From: Acidobacteriota bacterium
Lineage (GTDB): Bacteria; Acidobacteriota; UBA890; WLXD01
Length of the DNA: 64,000 bases
Reading direction: 5' to 3'
Assembly: GCA_012103255.1 (NCBI GenBank)
Contig: WLXD01000003.1
Coordinates: forward strand, 141,984 to 205,983
The notes under the pieces were generated by a model. That model ran no database searches. It was given only the letters and a program-made list of their open reading frames with translations, and was not told where the DNA came from. Within the stretch, counting starts at the first letter, position 1, and every line of letters starts with the position of its first letter. The position numbers and the translations under genes are program-made. Positions 1 to 9,561 of the stretch are shown in pieces.

Positions 1-561
1 ATAGAAGTCCTGATCGAGACCCGCGACTTGCGTCTGCCTGATGTCCTCGACTACGCCAACACCATGATTCGGATAAACAATATAGTCGCCAACACCAAAC
101 CGCACAGGCAGCCTCCAAGAACACAGAGCCCCAAATATCGATCGACGATCGATTCACCATCGTAGCCGAATAGCAGGCGAAATTCAAGTCACCGGAGCCG
201 TGGAAACGCCGTGTTTCAAGGGCTTTTCGCCAATCGGTTGACTTCCACGGTGGCTCGGCAATAATGCTCGATCACCAGGCGATCCCCCTGGCCGCTGGGT
301 CCGTCCTTCGGCGCATGTGATCGTCCGGCAACGCGAGCTGCTAGCGCTGCTCGCTCTCGACGGCACTGGTAACACCGATGCGTGGCGCTGTCTCGACCAC
401 TCATCGGGCGGGAGGCTTACCGGAAAGCACCGAGAGCCGAAGCTGGCACTCATCGAACTGGGCCGTCTTGGGGCCGACCCGTTCACGCCGGACCGAATCT
501 GCGCCCCGGGACGTGCCAAGGGAGGCCGTTCGCGGGGATCGCCTGGCGTTTTTTTGCGGCG

Positions 562-2661
562 CTAGCGCCCGGCCACCACCGAGGCACGCCGCGCCGGCCG
601 CAGCGCCCGCTCAGCTGCTTCAAGCTCTGCCGTTACAGCGCGCAGGCTACCAGCGAGACCTCCAAGCGCCGCCGCCGTGTTCAAGATGTCGCCGCGACGC
701 AGCGGCTCTGCGACGGCCGGCAGTAGCAATGAGCTATAGGTGTCCTGCGGATCGGGGGCAAGCAGGACGCTCTGGTTCCAGCCGGAAGACGGCACGAGCA
801 GTCGGCGTAGTGCCCGCCGCATGTGCCGGTTGGCCTCGTCGTACGCCGCAACGGGCAGCTCTTCGGCGGATCGTGTCTGGGCACGGAGCCGACCGGCAGC
901 GACCGCCAGCTTGCCGACGGCAGACCAGGATTCTCTCAGGCCCGGAACACCGCGCTCGTGTCCCTGGAGTCGCAATTCACGTCTCACGGCGTTGAGGCCT
1001 TCGATCAGGTCTTGCGCCAGCGGCCGGTAATCCAACCCCGCAACGTTGTCATTGCCCAGACTCCACATCAGCCACGTGGCCAGCGAGGCGGCCGACTTGT
1101 GCTGGCGATAGCCGGGGTCACCGAACCGTTCCATGAACTCCAGCGAGTCGTACTGGGAGTGGTAGACCCCGGAGGCGGCCGAGAAGCCGAACCCGATGGC
1201 AGGAACCCCGGCGATGGTGGTGAAGGGCGCGTAGTCAGATCCCCCGCCGGGAAGACCAATCGGTGCGGCGGGGATACGTCCTCGCCAGCCCCTGAGCACG
1301 CTGGTACCGGGCAGCACGGGGTCTGCAACAGCGTCAGCCCCTTCGAGCAGCACCGACCGCAGCGATGGCGACGCCACTGCGGAGAAGTACGGCCCGCCGG
1401 CCACGCCGTCGAGGTTGATGTACGCCACTGCATTTTCGAGCGCTCCGATGTGCTGCTCAACCCATTCAGTGGAGCCGATCAGTCCCCATTCCTCGGCGTC
1501 CCAAGCGGCGAACACCAGCGATCGTTCCGGGCGGTTGCCACGAAGGGCCTGCGTCGCGACGACCCGAGCGGTTTCCAGCATGGCGACGGTCCCGGACACG
1601 TTGTCGATTGCGCCGCGCGTCCACGAGTCGTAGTGCGCGCCGAGAATCACCCATTCATCCGGCCGGCGGCTGCCTTCGACAATTCCCACCACATTCCGTA
1701 TGCGGCGCCAAGGGGACTCCTCGTACTCCACGGGCACCCGGACGGGCGTGCCCATGCCCCCGTAACGGTACGGGCTGCTCAGGGCCCCCTGCCAGGCGGC
1801 AGGAGCAGTGACGCCCTCGAGTTCGGCGAGCATCGCCGCGATGTCGGCGTAGCCCATTGCAACGACCGGAATAGTCGGCAGCCCCTCGGTCGGCGCGCGA
1901 CGCTCGGCTCCAACCAGCGCCGCGCGCCCGGGCGAGGCAGGATCTCCTGGTGCGCCGATCTTCACGGAGCCGCGCTGAATCGCGTTCGGAGGACGGAACG
2001 GTCCGTCGGGGTAGACGGCGCCTCGTGCAAAACCGTCGTCGGCAGGATCCGAGAAGAGAATTACGGCTGCGGCACCGGCCGCCTCCGCGTTTCGAACCTT
2101 GTCGCCGCGGAAAATCCGACCATATCGGATCAGCGCCACCTTCCCGGCGACGTCCACTCCCGCTCCTCGCAAGGTCGCGAAGTCATCGGTGCTGCCGTAG
2201 TTCGCGTACACCAGCGGCGCCAGTACGTCGCCGGAGGCCGAGTAGCCCGCCGCAACAGGATTGACGCGACTCGGAAGTTCCCGATCCTCAGCCTCAAACG
2301 CCGTCGTCGCGATCGCAGCCTTGTCGCCCGCGACCTGCACGCTCACGCGCGAGGCATGCGGGAGCCAAACGTCGTATTCGTAGGTGCGCACGTCGATGCC
2401 CCACGAGCGCATCAGAGTCGAAATCTGCACTGCCGCCCGCGCTGCCCCCGGGGTCCCGGCGACGCGAGGGCGGTCGCCCAGAAGATGCGCCATCTCGCGG
2501 AGGCCTTCGGCGGTGGGCCCGTTCGAAACGCTGGCCGCGACCGGCCGCACCCCTCGCTCCGGCGGGGTCGCGATGAGCGACGGCGCGGCCAACAGGGTCA
2601 GGCCGAGCGCGGCACATAAACCGCGCCCCGTACGAGTGTGTGATCGGGTCTCCCAGAACAT
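562..2661 (-). CDS. M28-family metallopeptidase with PA and transferrin-receptor-like dimerisation region (glutamate carboxypeptidase II-like), secreted
   Basis: 699-aa ORF with an N-terminal signal peptide. Contains M28 motifs (…WVILGAHYDSW…, …AIDNVSGTVAMLE…, …FAAWDAEEWGLIGS…). A long C-terminal helical region fits a TFR-like dimer domain. Confidence 0.8.
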   Translation of the reverse strand: MFWETRSHTRTGRGLCAALGLTLLAAPSLIATPPERGVRPVAASVSNGPTAEGLREMAHLLGDRPRVAGTPGAARAAVQISTLMRSWGIDVRTYEYDVWLPHASRVSVQVAGDKAAIATTAFEAEDRELPSRVNPVAAGYSASGDVLAPLVYANYGSTDDFATLRGAGVDVAGKVALIRYGRIFRGDKVRNAEAAGAAAVILFSDPADDGFARGAVYPDGPFRPPNAIQRGSVKIGAPGDPASPGRAALVGAERRAPTEGLPTIPVVAMGYADIAAMLAELEGVTAPAAWQGALSSPYRYGGMGTPVRVPVEYEESPWRRIRNVVGIVEGSRRPDEWVILGAHYDSWTRGAIDNVSGTVAMLETARVVATQALRGNRPERSLVFAAWDAEEWGLIGSTEWVEQHIGALENAVAYINLDGVAGGPYFSAVASPSLRSVLLEGADAVADPVLPGTSVLRGWRGRIPAAPIGLPGGGSDYAPFTTIAGVPAIGFGFSAASGVYHSQYDSLEFMERFGDPGYRQHKSAASLATWLMWSLGNDNVAGLDYRPLAQDLIEGLNAVRRELRLQGHERGVPGLRESWSAVGKLAVAAGRLRAQTRSAEELPVAAYDEANRHMRRALRRLLVPSSGWNQSVLLAPDPQDTYSSLLLPAVAEPLRRGDILNTAAALGGLAGSLRAVTAELEAAERALRPARRASVVAGR

Positions 2662-2938
2662 GGTGCGCTCAGCCTAGTGAGCAACCCCGCTCATCGTCAA
2701 AGACCCGTGGCCCGGCCTGGCCGGCGCAGTCGGGTGCGAACTGGCCGTCGAAATACCGACACCTGTCGGCCCGCCAACGACGCTATGGGGACAATCTGCA
2801 CCATAGGCGGCCACATCGACTCCGGTCTGAGCCCACCGGGACAGTCTGGCGCGCCGTTTCGGCAGATACCGCCCGCACGGCACGACGCTTGCAATGACTG
2901 TTGGCGGGTCGAAAAAGCGCGAGGCCGCCGTCCACACG

Positions 2939-3748
2939 ATGCCTCGGAAGTTCAGGTTACTGATGCAGAAGATGGCGAAGGCACTCGTATACGGTCTGGT
3001 CGCGGCAATCGCCCTTGGCGGGCCGCTCTACGCAACGGCGCTACCCGGCGAACCGGATGGCCCAGAGCCGGCTCCGCAATCACCGGACGGCTTCCGGTTC
3101 TCAGCACCCAAGGGCTCGGTCGGGCTCCGGGTTGGTTATCTACTAGCTGGTGCGGACGGCGAGATTTTCGACTTCATCACAGATCAGTTAACTGTCGACA
3201 AGGGCGACTTCAACGCACCGGTCTTCGCCTTCGACATGGGCTGGAACATCAGCGACCGCGTCGAGTTGGTCGGCGGAGTCGAATACAGCCGATCGAGCAC
3301 GCGGTCCGAGTATCGCGACTATGTCGACCAGGACGATATTCCGATCGTCCAGGACACTCGGCTGACTCAGGTGCCACTGACGTTGAGCGCGCGGTTCTAC
3401 CTGACGCCACGCGGCCGCAGCGTGGGACAGTACGCATGGGTGCCATCGGCATTCGCGTTCTACGTCGGCGGCGGTGGCGGAGCCACCTGGTACCGGCTCG
3501 AACAGGAAGGCGAGTTCGTCGACTTCCGCGATCTGGTGATCTTCGAAGACCTGTTTATCTCTGATGGCTGGGCGTTCTCCGGCCACGCATTCGCCGGCCT
3601 CGATATCAGGCTGGGTCGCTCCATCGGACTCGTCGTCGAGGGGCGCTACCAATTCGCCAGCCACGATCTCACCGGTAGCTTTGTCGGATTCGAACCGATC
3701 GATCTCAGCGGCCTGCGCCTGATGGGCGGCGTGTCCTTCAAGTTCTAG
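2939..3748 (+). CDS. outer-membrane beta-barrel protein (OmpW/OmpA-like barrel)
   Basis: Signal peptide (MQKMAKALVYGLVAAIALGG…), alternating hydrophobic beta-strand pattern, and a C-terminal …GGVSFKF ending in Phe, which is typical of OMP barrels. The start is ambiguous between 2894, 2939 and 2963. Confidence 0.55.
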   Translation: MPRKFRLLMQKMAKALVYGLVAAIALGGPLYATALPGEPDGPEPAPQSPDGFRFSAPKGSVGLRVGYLLAGADGEIFDFITDQLTVDKGDFNAPVFAFDMGWNISDRVELVGGVEYSRSSTRSEYRDYVDQDDIPIVQDTRLTQVPLTLSARFYLTPRGRSVGQYAWVPSAFAFYVGGGGGATWYRLEQEGEFVDFRDLVIFEDLFISDGWAFSGHAFAGLDIRLGRSIGLVVEGRYQFASHDLTGSFVGFEPIDLSGLRLMGGVSFKF

Positions 3749-3758
3749 GAGCAAACTC

Positions 3759-4922
3759 ATGCGATACCTAGCTGCTTCTCTCACACTCGCTCTCGGCGCG
3801 GCACTTCCCGGCGCAGCCTCCGAACAGGAAGCCGGCCTCCAGTGGAACGGCTGCTGGAGTCTCGAAGGCGCCCGTGCAGAGGCGGTCGAAGAAAGCGCCG
3901 GCGAGCGGATGGTGTGCACGTCGCTCGCCGGTTTCGGACTCGATGTGTCCACGCGTGTTGACGGCGAAGAAGTACGCCGCGACACGCTGTTGCTCGACGG
4001 CACGGGCCGCCAGGTCGAAGACGGCGGCTGTTCGGGAATCGAGCAGGCCTTCGCCTCAGCCGATGGTCAGCGCTTGTTCACGACCTCGGATCTGCGCTGC
4101 GAAGGCGGAACCCAGCGCGCCGCGTCGGGCATCTCCGCGCTTCTCTCGCCCGATGTCTGGCTCGACATCCAGGTCGTGAGAGTCGGACAAGAGCGTGAAC
4201 TGATGGTGCGCCGATTCCGCTTCGACCCGGTGGCTTCCCGCGCGTTGTGGCAAGACACTGGCGACGTGGACCTCGCTGCGCGAACAGCCCGCACCGGGGC
4301 GGCGTCGGTGGTCACCGAAGAGGATGTGATCGAGGCGACCGGCGTTGTCGATACGGCCGCGATCGAGGCATGGCTCATCGAGTCTGACGCGTCATTTGCA
4401 CTCGATGCGAGCCGGCTCATGGCTCTGGCCAATGCGGACGTGGCGCCGGAGCTGATCGACCTCATGGTGGCATTGTCGTTCCCCGACTACTTCGTAGTGA
4501 ACGAAGATCCCGAAGCTGCTCGAGGCCCCGCCGCCTACGGCTACCCCGTGAGTTTCTACGGCTACTACAGCCCCGCGTTCGCCCCATTCGGATGGGGCTA
4601 CTACCCCTGGTACTCGGGCTATCCCGGATACGGCTACCCGGGATACGGCAACCCCGGACGCCCCGGCGTCATTCTGCCCGGCAGCCCGCGATACGGCGGC
4701 CGCGTGGTAAACGGGAAGGGCTACGCGCGCGTCACGACCAACCCAGACGCGCCCTCCGGTGACTTCGGCAGCTTCCTTCGCAACGGCGGCAAGAGCCGTG
4801 GCGGTGGTGGAGGTTCGCAGAACGGTGGCGGTGGGGGCAGCGTTTCCGGCGCGGGCTCGTCCAGCGGCGGCGGCTCGAAGGCCGGCAAGACACGGACTGC
4901 CAAGCGGCGCGGCGACGGCTAG
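3759..4922 (+). CDS. secreted hypothetical protein with Tyr/Gly/Pro-rich and GGSGG low-complexity C-terminus
   Basis: Signal peptide MRYLAASLTLALGAALPGAAS. The tail carries YGYP/GYPGYG repeats followed by a GGGGSQNGGGGGS tract. It begins 11 nt after the previous stop, so the two are probably co-transcribed. Confidence 0.5.
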   Translation: MRYLAASLTLALGAALPGAASEQEAGLQWNGCWSLEGARAEAVEESAGERMVCTSLAGFGLDVSTRVDGEEVRRDTLLLDGTGRQVEDGGCSGIEQAFASADGQRLFTTSDLRCEGGTQRAASGISALLSPDVWLDIQVVRVGQERELMVRRFRFDPVASRALWQDTGDVDLAARTARTGAASVVTEEDVIEATGVVDTAAIEAWLIESDASFALDASRLMALANADVAPELIDLMVALSFPDYFVVNEDPEAARGPAAYGYPVSFYGYYSPAFAPFGWGYYPWYSGYPGYGYPGYGNPGRPGVILPGSPRYGGRVVNGKGYARVTTNPDAPSGDFGSFLRNGGKSRGGGGGSQNGGGGGSVSGAGSSSGGGSKAGKTRTAKRRGDG

Positions 4923-4924
4923 CG

Positions 4925-6160
4925 CTACTCTTCGCCGCCACTCGTGGAACGGAGATGGAGCTGGAGGCCCGTGTCATCGCGGGTCTCCAGCGCAACTGCC
5001 TGACGGCCGTGTAGCACGTCCAGCAATAACGCTCCCACGCTCTCGCGGCGCCACCCGCGGAGCACCGGCAACCGAGGCTCCTCGTCTCGCTCCTCCAGGC
5101 GCCAGCGTGCCAGCGCTTCCAGATCGCGCCGGTTGGCCAGGATTCGCGAAGAGAGTCGCATCTTCGCGGCCTCCCCGCGAAGCACCGAGTCCAGCAGGGC
5201 CGCCATCATCTCGATGCGTGGATCGCCCACGCGTGCGGGCGGCGTGCCCCAGTCGGGATATTCAGCTTCGGGGAGTGCCGCAGCCCTGGCCACCGCGTCG
5301 ATCAGCGCCTGGCCGGATCGCTGCGCCTCTCGCGGATGCAGACCGCGGAGATTCTCCACCTGCTTCATGCGCTTCGGCCCGCGCTTGGCAATCTCGACGA
5401 GAATGCGATCGGGCACGACCCGTTGGCGTGGAATATCCCGCCGCTGAGCTTCGCGTTCGCGCCAGGCCGCGACCTCCTGCAATGCTGCAAGCTTCCTACC
5501 TCGGAGGCTGCGTGCACCCCGCACCTTGCGCCACATGGCTTCCGGATCCGCCTCGGGCTGCACGGCGCTCGCGATCGCATCGAGTTCTTCTCGCACCCAG
5601 CTTCCTCGCTGTGCCGCATCGAGTTCCCCCGACAGCCGATCCGCAATCTCCAACAGATAGCGAACGTCATCGAGGGCGTACTCAATCTGGCTATCGCTCA
5701 GGGGTCTCCGCGTCCAGTCGGTATAGGCCTCGGAATGTCCGGGCGTGCGTCCGATGATGCGGTCCACGAGTCGCGCATATCCGATGCTGTCGCCGTAGCC
5801 GAGAAACGCAGCCGCGATCTGAGTATCGAAGTGGCGTTCGGGGACGCGGCCCGCAAGGCCGGCGATGATCTCGAGGTCCTGAGAGGCCGCGTGAAAAACG
5901 ACCTCTGGGCCACCATTCACGGCATTCCATAGTGGTTCAAGGTTGTCGACGGCAAGCGGATCGACGGCCGCAAGCACGTCATCCGTGGCGATCTGTACCA
6001 GGCACAGCTTCGCGTAGTAGGTACGCTCGCGCATGAATTCGGTGTCGAGCGCGATCCTCGGTGCGTCGCGAACCTGGCCGGCAAGCTCGTCGAGCGCGGC
6101 CTGATCTCGGATGTACTGATGTTGTGCCATGTAGAGTCCCGAACTGACGATTCCCTCCAT
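4925..6160 (-). CDS. rnd: ribonuclease D (3'-5' exonuclease + HRDC domains)
   Basis: …IALDTEFMRERTYYAKLCLVQIA… aligns with the DEDDy exonuclease motif I of RNase D, and a C-terminal HRDC-like region follows. The ORF finder's upstream extension to 6697 looks non-proteinaceous; the ATG is at 6160 (alternative 6130). Confidence 0.85.
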   Translation of the reverse strand: MEGIVSSGLYMAQHQYIRDQAALDELAGQVRDAPRIALDTEFMRERTYYAKLCLVQIATDDVLAAVDPLAVDNLEPLWNAVNGGPEVVFHAASQDLEIIAGLAGRVPERHFDTQIAAAFLGYGDSIGYARLVDRIIGRTPGHSEAYTDWTRRPLSDSQIEYALDDVRYLLEIADRLSGELDAAQRGSWVREELDAIASAVQPEADPEAMWRKVRGARSLRGRKLAALQEVAAWREREAQRRDIPRQRVVPDRILVEIAKRGPKRMKQVENLRGLHPREAQRSGQALIDAVARAAALPEAEYPDWGTPPARVGDPRIEMMAALLDSVLRGEAAKMRLSSRILANRRDLEALARWRLEERDEEPRLPVLRGWRRESVGALLLDVLHGRQAVALETRDDTGLQLHLRSTSGGEE

Positions 6161-6181
6161 GGACGTTAACCGATCGGAGCC

Positions 6182-7687
6182 ATGCAAGGAGCCACGCCCG
6201 AGCTCAGCCCGGCTCTGCGAGCCCCCATCGAGGAGTTCGAGAACTTCTTCGCGAGTCCGTCGAGTGGACGCGCCCGCTCGATGGCAGCACCGAGCGCCGG
6301 CAGTGAGCAGCGGCGTGCCTGGCCCTCCAGCAGCGACGTCGACCCCTGCGCCGATTCGGCGGTCGCGCTTGCGCGTCGACTCGCCCGCGGCGACGTCGAC
6401 GCAACGGAGATCGTCGAGGGCACGCTGCGGCGAGCGCGCAGAGAGGAGTCCCTCAACGCTTTCATCACGATCTCCGAGACTCGACTGCGCGACGAGTCGC
6501 GAGCCGCCGCCGCACTGGTGGGCGTCCATTCCCTCGCCGGCGTGCCCCTGGCCCACAAGGACATCATCGCCACCAAGGACGTGCGCACCACCGGCGGCTC
6601 GGACTCCCGAGCCAACGCGGTGCCCACAACCGACGCCGAGATCGTCCGACGCTTCCGCGTCCGGGGCCTGCCATTGGTCGGCAAGACCAACACTCATGAA
6701 CTCGCCACCGGCATCACCGGTCAGGTCAGTGCCGCGGGCGCGGTGATGAATCCCTGGGACACCACTCGAGTCACCGGTGGAAGCAGCAGCGGGTCCGCCG
6801 CGGCCGTGGCCGCGGGCGTCGTGACGCTAGCAACGGCAACAGACACGGGGGGGTCGGCGCGGATCCCGGCGGCTTGCTGCGGCGTGGTGGGCTTCAAACC
6901 GACTTACGCAGCGGTTCCTGCGCATGGCGTGATCCCGTTCTCGTGGACGCTCGATCACGTGGGTCTCATGGCCCGCTATTCCAACGACATATCGGCCGCG
7001 GCCTCTTGTCTGGGACTACGACCGACTCCCGCGCGTGATCGCGCGTCGCTCGCCGGCCTTCGCTTCGCACTACCCGAACACCTGCTTGCCGAGGCCGATC
7101 CAGCCGTTGCCGACCTGGTGGGCGAGGTTGCCACCAGGCTCGAGGCAGATGGCGCGCATCGGGTCGATCCGCAGTGGCCGAGCTGGTTCGACCACGCAGA
7201 CGGAATCGCCGCTTCGATTTTTCTGTCGGAGGGCGCCGCGGTGCATAGCGACGTGTTGGCCGACGATGCAGCTCTGCTGCAGCCGCCTACCCGAGCTCTG
7301 TTGCGTTCGGCCGACGCCATTGCGACGGGCAGCTACACCATGGCTTTGGCCGGCCGCCAGGCGAGCATCCGGGCAGCGAACAGTTTCTTCAGTGAGGTGG
7401 ACGTACTGCTATCCCCCGCCCTACCCATAGGTGCTCCGCGAATTGATCAGGAAATGATTGCACTGCCGGAGGGCACCGTGGATGTGCGCGCCGCACTCAC
7501 CCGTTACACGCGCCTATGGAACGTGACCGGTAATCCGGTGGTCTGCGTGCCGTGCGGCATCGCCGAAGGCCTGCCCGTAGGCGTGCAGTTCATCGGTCCC
7601 CGCCACAATGATCGTGGCCTTCTCGGTGTGGCGGGTCGTTACGAGCAACTGCGCGGCCGCTTCCCGTCGGCGCCGGCCAGCGGCTAG
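6182..7687 (+). CDS. amidase-signature family amidohydrolase
   Basis: Carries the Gly/Ser-rich amidase signature …[14 protein letters not shown]… and the conserved …GKTNTHE… block. Transcribed divergently from rnd. Confidence 0.8.
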   Translation: MQGATPELSPALRAPIEEFENFFASPSSGRARSMAAPSAGSEQRRAWPSSSDVDPCADSAVALARRLARGDVDATEIVEGTLRRARREESLNAFITISETRLRDESRAAAALVGVHSLAGVPLAHKDIIATKDVRTTGGSDSRANAVPTTDAEIVRRFRVRGLPLVGKTNTHELATGITGQVSAAGAVMNPWDTTRVTGGSSSGSAAAVAAGVVTLATATDTGGSARIPAACCGVVGFKPTYAAVPAHGVIPFSWTLDHVGLMARYSNDISAAASCLGLRPTPARDRASLAGLRFALPEHLLAEADPAVADLVGEVATRLEADGAHRVDPQWPSWFDHADGIAASIFLSEGAAVHSDVLADDAALLQPPTRALLRSADAIATGSYTMALAGRQASIRAANSFFSEVDVLLSPALPIGAPRIDQEMIALPEGTVDVRAALTRYTRLWNVTGNPVVCVPCGIAEGLPVGVQFIGPRHNDRGLLGVAGRYEQLRGRFPSAPASG

Positions 7688-7697
7688 CAAGCAGGAT

Positions 7698-8108
7698 TCA
7701 GCTGAAGTCGGTCGAGAGGTGCAACGAAGTGCGCTTGGCGCGCTGCCGATTCCACATCCAGACCATGCCGAGACTGGCCCAGGCGCCGAGCAAAACCAGG
7801 CTACCGATCACGCGGCCCTCGAGGCGAGCCAGAGTCCGGCCCATGTCGACGGTGGTCTCCCACGCGCCCATGTCCATCATCGCCAGGTTGTAGGTATCAG
7901 GCGACACACGTTCCAGGGAAGCGAGCTCCTGGTTCGTGTAGGGCGGCTCGGGCAGATAGCGATCGTCAAACACGTACTCGCCAGCGCGGCCACCGACTAC
8001 CCCCGCAACCCAGATCGATGCCCAGGCAGCGAGCAGGAGCACCGCGGCGCGCTGCCACGGAAAACTGGGCGGTGCTTCGAGTTCGTCGGGATATGGGTCG
8101 GTTGCCAT
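7698..8108 (-). CDS. hypothetical membrane protein
   Basis: 136-aa ORF with two hydrophobic helices. No recognised domain. Confidence 0.4.
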   Translation of the reverse strand: MATDPYPDELEAPPSFPWQRAAVLLLAAWASIWVAGVVGGRAGEYVFDDRYLPEPPYTNQELASLERVSPDTYNLAMMDMGAWETTVDMGRTLARLEGRVIGSLVLLGAWASLGMVWMWNRQRAKRTSLHLSTDFS

Positions 8109-8137
8109 CGGTTCACCTTGAATGACTAATACTATCT

Positions 8138-8160
8138 AAAACTATCTTTTCAATAGTTTT
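8138..8160. promoter_or_regulatory. perfect palindrome AAAACTAT-N7-ATAGTTTT in AT-rich divergent intergenic region
   Basis: Read directly: aaaactat cttttca atagtttt. It is flanked by TAATGACT(A/G)AAT direct repeats at ~8120-8130 and 8170-8181, and sits in the only AT-rich stretch for kilobases. Confidence 0.45.
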
Positions 8161-8394
8161 CAGCACTCATAATGACTGAATCCATGCACCGTCAACAAGC
8201 CTTAGATGCCCGTTGCGCCACAAAGTTGGAAGCGCGCCGAACAACGAGGAGACGCCTAGGATCCATGGCTCGTACTGCCGGCGGGCGCCGAACCCTGGGT
8301 GTAGAATCGATGTCAGCAGCCGCTCTTCCAGCTCCGAGCGCTGCTCTCGCGCCGCGATCGGCGCCCTTCGCCTAGCACCTCGACTGACGCATTC

Positions 8395-9555
8395 ATGTCC
8401 TCGACTCCGTCTCCTGACGCGGCTGCTCGCCACCGCATCGGCATCTACGACCAGGGCGAACCCGGCCCGACGATCCTCGTCATGTCGGCACTGCATGGCA
8501 ACGAACCCGCCGGATTCCGGGCGTTCGAGCGGGTGTACGAGCGTCTCCTGGCGGACAAGACGCCGTTTCGGGGCCGACTCGTCGGCTTTGTTGGCAACCT
8601 CACGGCACTCGACAAGCAGCAACGCTTCATCGACGAGGACCTCAATCGCATCTGGCAGCCGGGCGACATCGCACGGCGCGCTGCGATCCCCTGGGAGGAG
8701 CGTTCCAGCGAAGGCCGCCAGCAGGCGGAGTTGCTAGCCGCGCTGGAAGGGGAGCTGGGCCAGGCGAGCAACGAGCCCATTTACTTTCTCGACCTGCACA
8801 CGAGCTCCGCTCAAGGGAAACCGTTCGTGTGCATCGGCGACACCTTGCGCAATCGCAACTTCGCCACTCAGTTCCCAGTGCCCGTGATCCTCGGTCTCGA
8901 GGAGCAAGTGGACGGTGCGATGCTCGAATACGTGAACAATCTCGGGCATGTGACCGTGGGCGTAGAAGCAGGTCAACACGACGACCCGACATCGATCGAC
9001 TTCCACGAAGCGTTCGTGTCTCTGGCCCTTGTCGGAACGGGATGCGTACACCGCAACGACCTCTCCTGTTACAACGAGATGCGGGCGCGACTCGATGCCG
9101 CGGGTGCCTCGTTGCCCCGAGTTCTCGAGGTGCGCCATCGTCACCCGGTGTCAGCGGCCGATGACTTCCAGATGCGACCCGGCTACGAGAACTTCCAGCC
9201 TGTGAAGGTTGGAGAAGAACTCGCTCAAGATGCGCGCGGCGCAGTGCAGGCGCCGGAGACCGGCCGCGTCCTGTTGCCGCTCTACCAGGGACAGGGCGAC
9301 GACGGATACTTCCTGGTGCGCGAATTCGCCAAGTTCTGGTTGGCGGTGTCGGCGTTGCTGCGCAGGCTCAAGCTCGGACGGTGCGCCCGCTGGTTACCCG
9401 GGGTCCATGTGCACCATGGCGACGCCAACACGCTCGTCGTGAACCGCGGCGTGGCGCGCTGGTTCACCGTGGAGATCTTCCACTTGCTGGGCTACCGGAA
9501 GGAGCGCTCGGACGGTGATCAGTTGCTCTTCTCGCGCCGTGTCGAAGACTTCTGA
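8395..9555 (+). CDS. succinylglutamate desuccinylase/aspartoacylase (AstE/AspA, M14-like) family protein
   Basis: …ILVMSALHGNEPAGF… is the HGNE zinc-binding motif of the AstE/AspA family. Confidence 0.7.
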   Translation: MSSTPSPDAAARHRIGIYDQGEPGPTILVMSALHGNEPAGFRAFERVYERLLADKTPFRGRLVGFVGNLTALDKQQRFIDEDLNRIWQPGDIARRAAIPWEERSSEGRQQAELLAALEGELGQASNEPIYFLDLHTSSAQGKPFVCIGDTLRNRNFATQFPVPVILGLEEQVDGAMLEYVNNLGHVTVGVEAGQHDDPTSIDFHEAFVSLALVGTGCVHRNDLSCYNEMRARLDAAGASLPRVLEVRHRHPVSAADDFQMRPGYENFQPVKVGEELAQDARGAVQAPETGRVLLPLYQGQGDDGYFLVREFAKFWLAVSALLRRLKLGRCARWLPGVHVHHGDANTLVVNRGVARWFTVEIFHLLGYRKERSDGDQLLFSRRVEDF

Positions 9556-9561
9556 GCAGGA

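Noticed and set aside
175-560. Possible RNase P RNA, tmRNA, SRP RNA or cobalamin riboswitch
   Set aside because: I could not find the RNase P P4 blocks (GGAAAGUCCGGGCUCC / ACAGAACCCGGCUUA), a tmRNA T-arm/CCA end, the SRP domain-IV GGAA tetraloop motif, or the B12 box (GCCACUG). I kept it only as an unclassified candidate structured RNA.
823-2619. 598-aa plus-strand ORF
   Set aside because: It is antisense to the well-supported M28 peptidase gene. It is Arg/Gly/Pro-rich with no domain, a typical shadow ORF in high-GC DNA.
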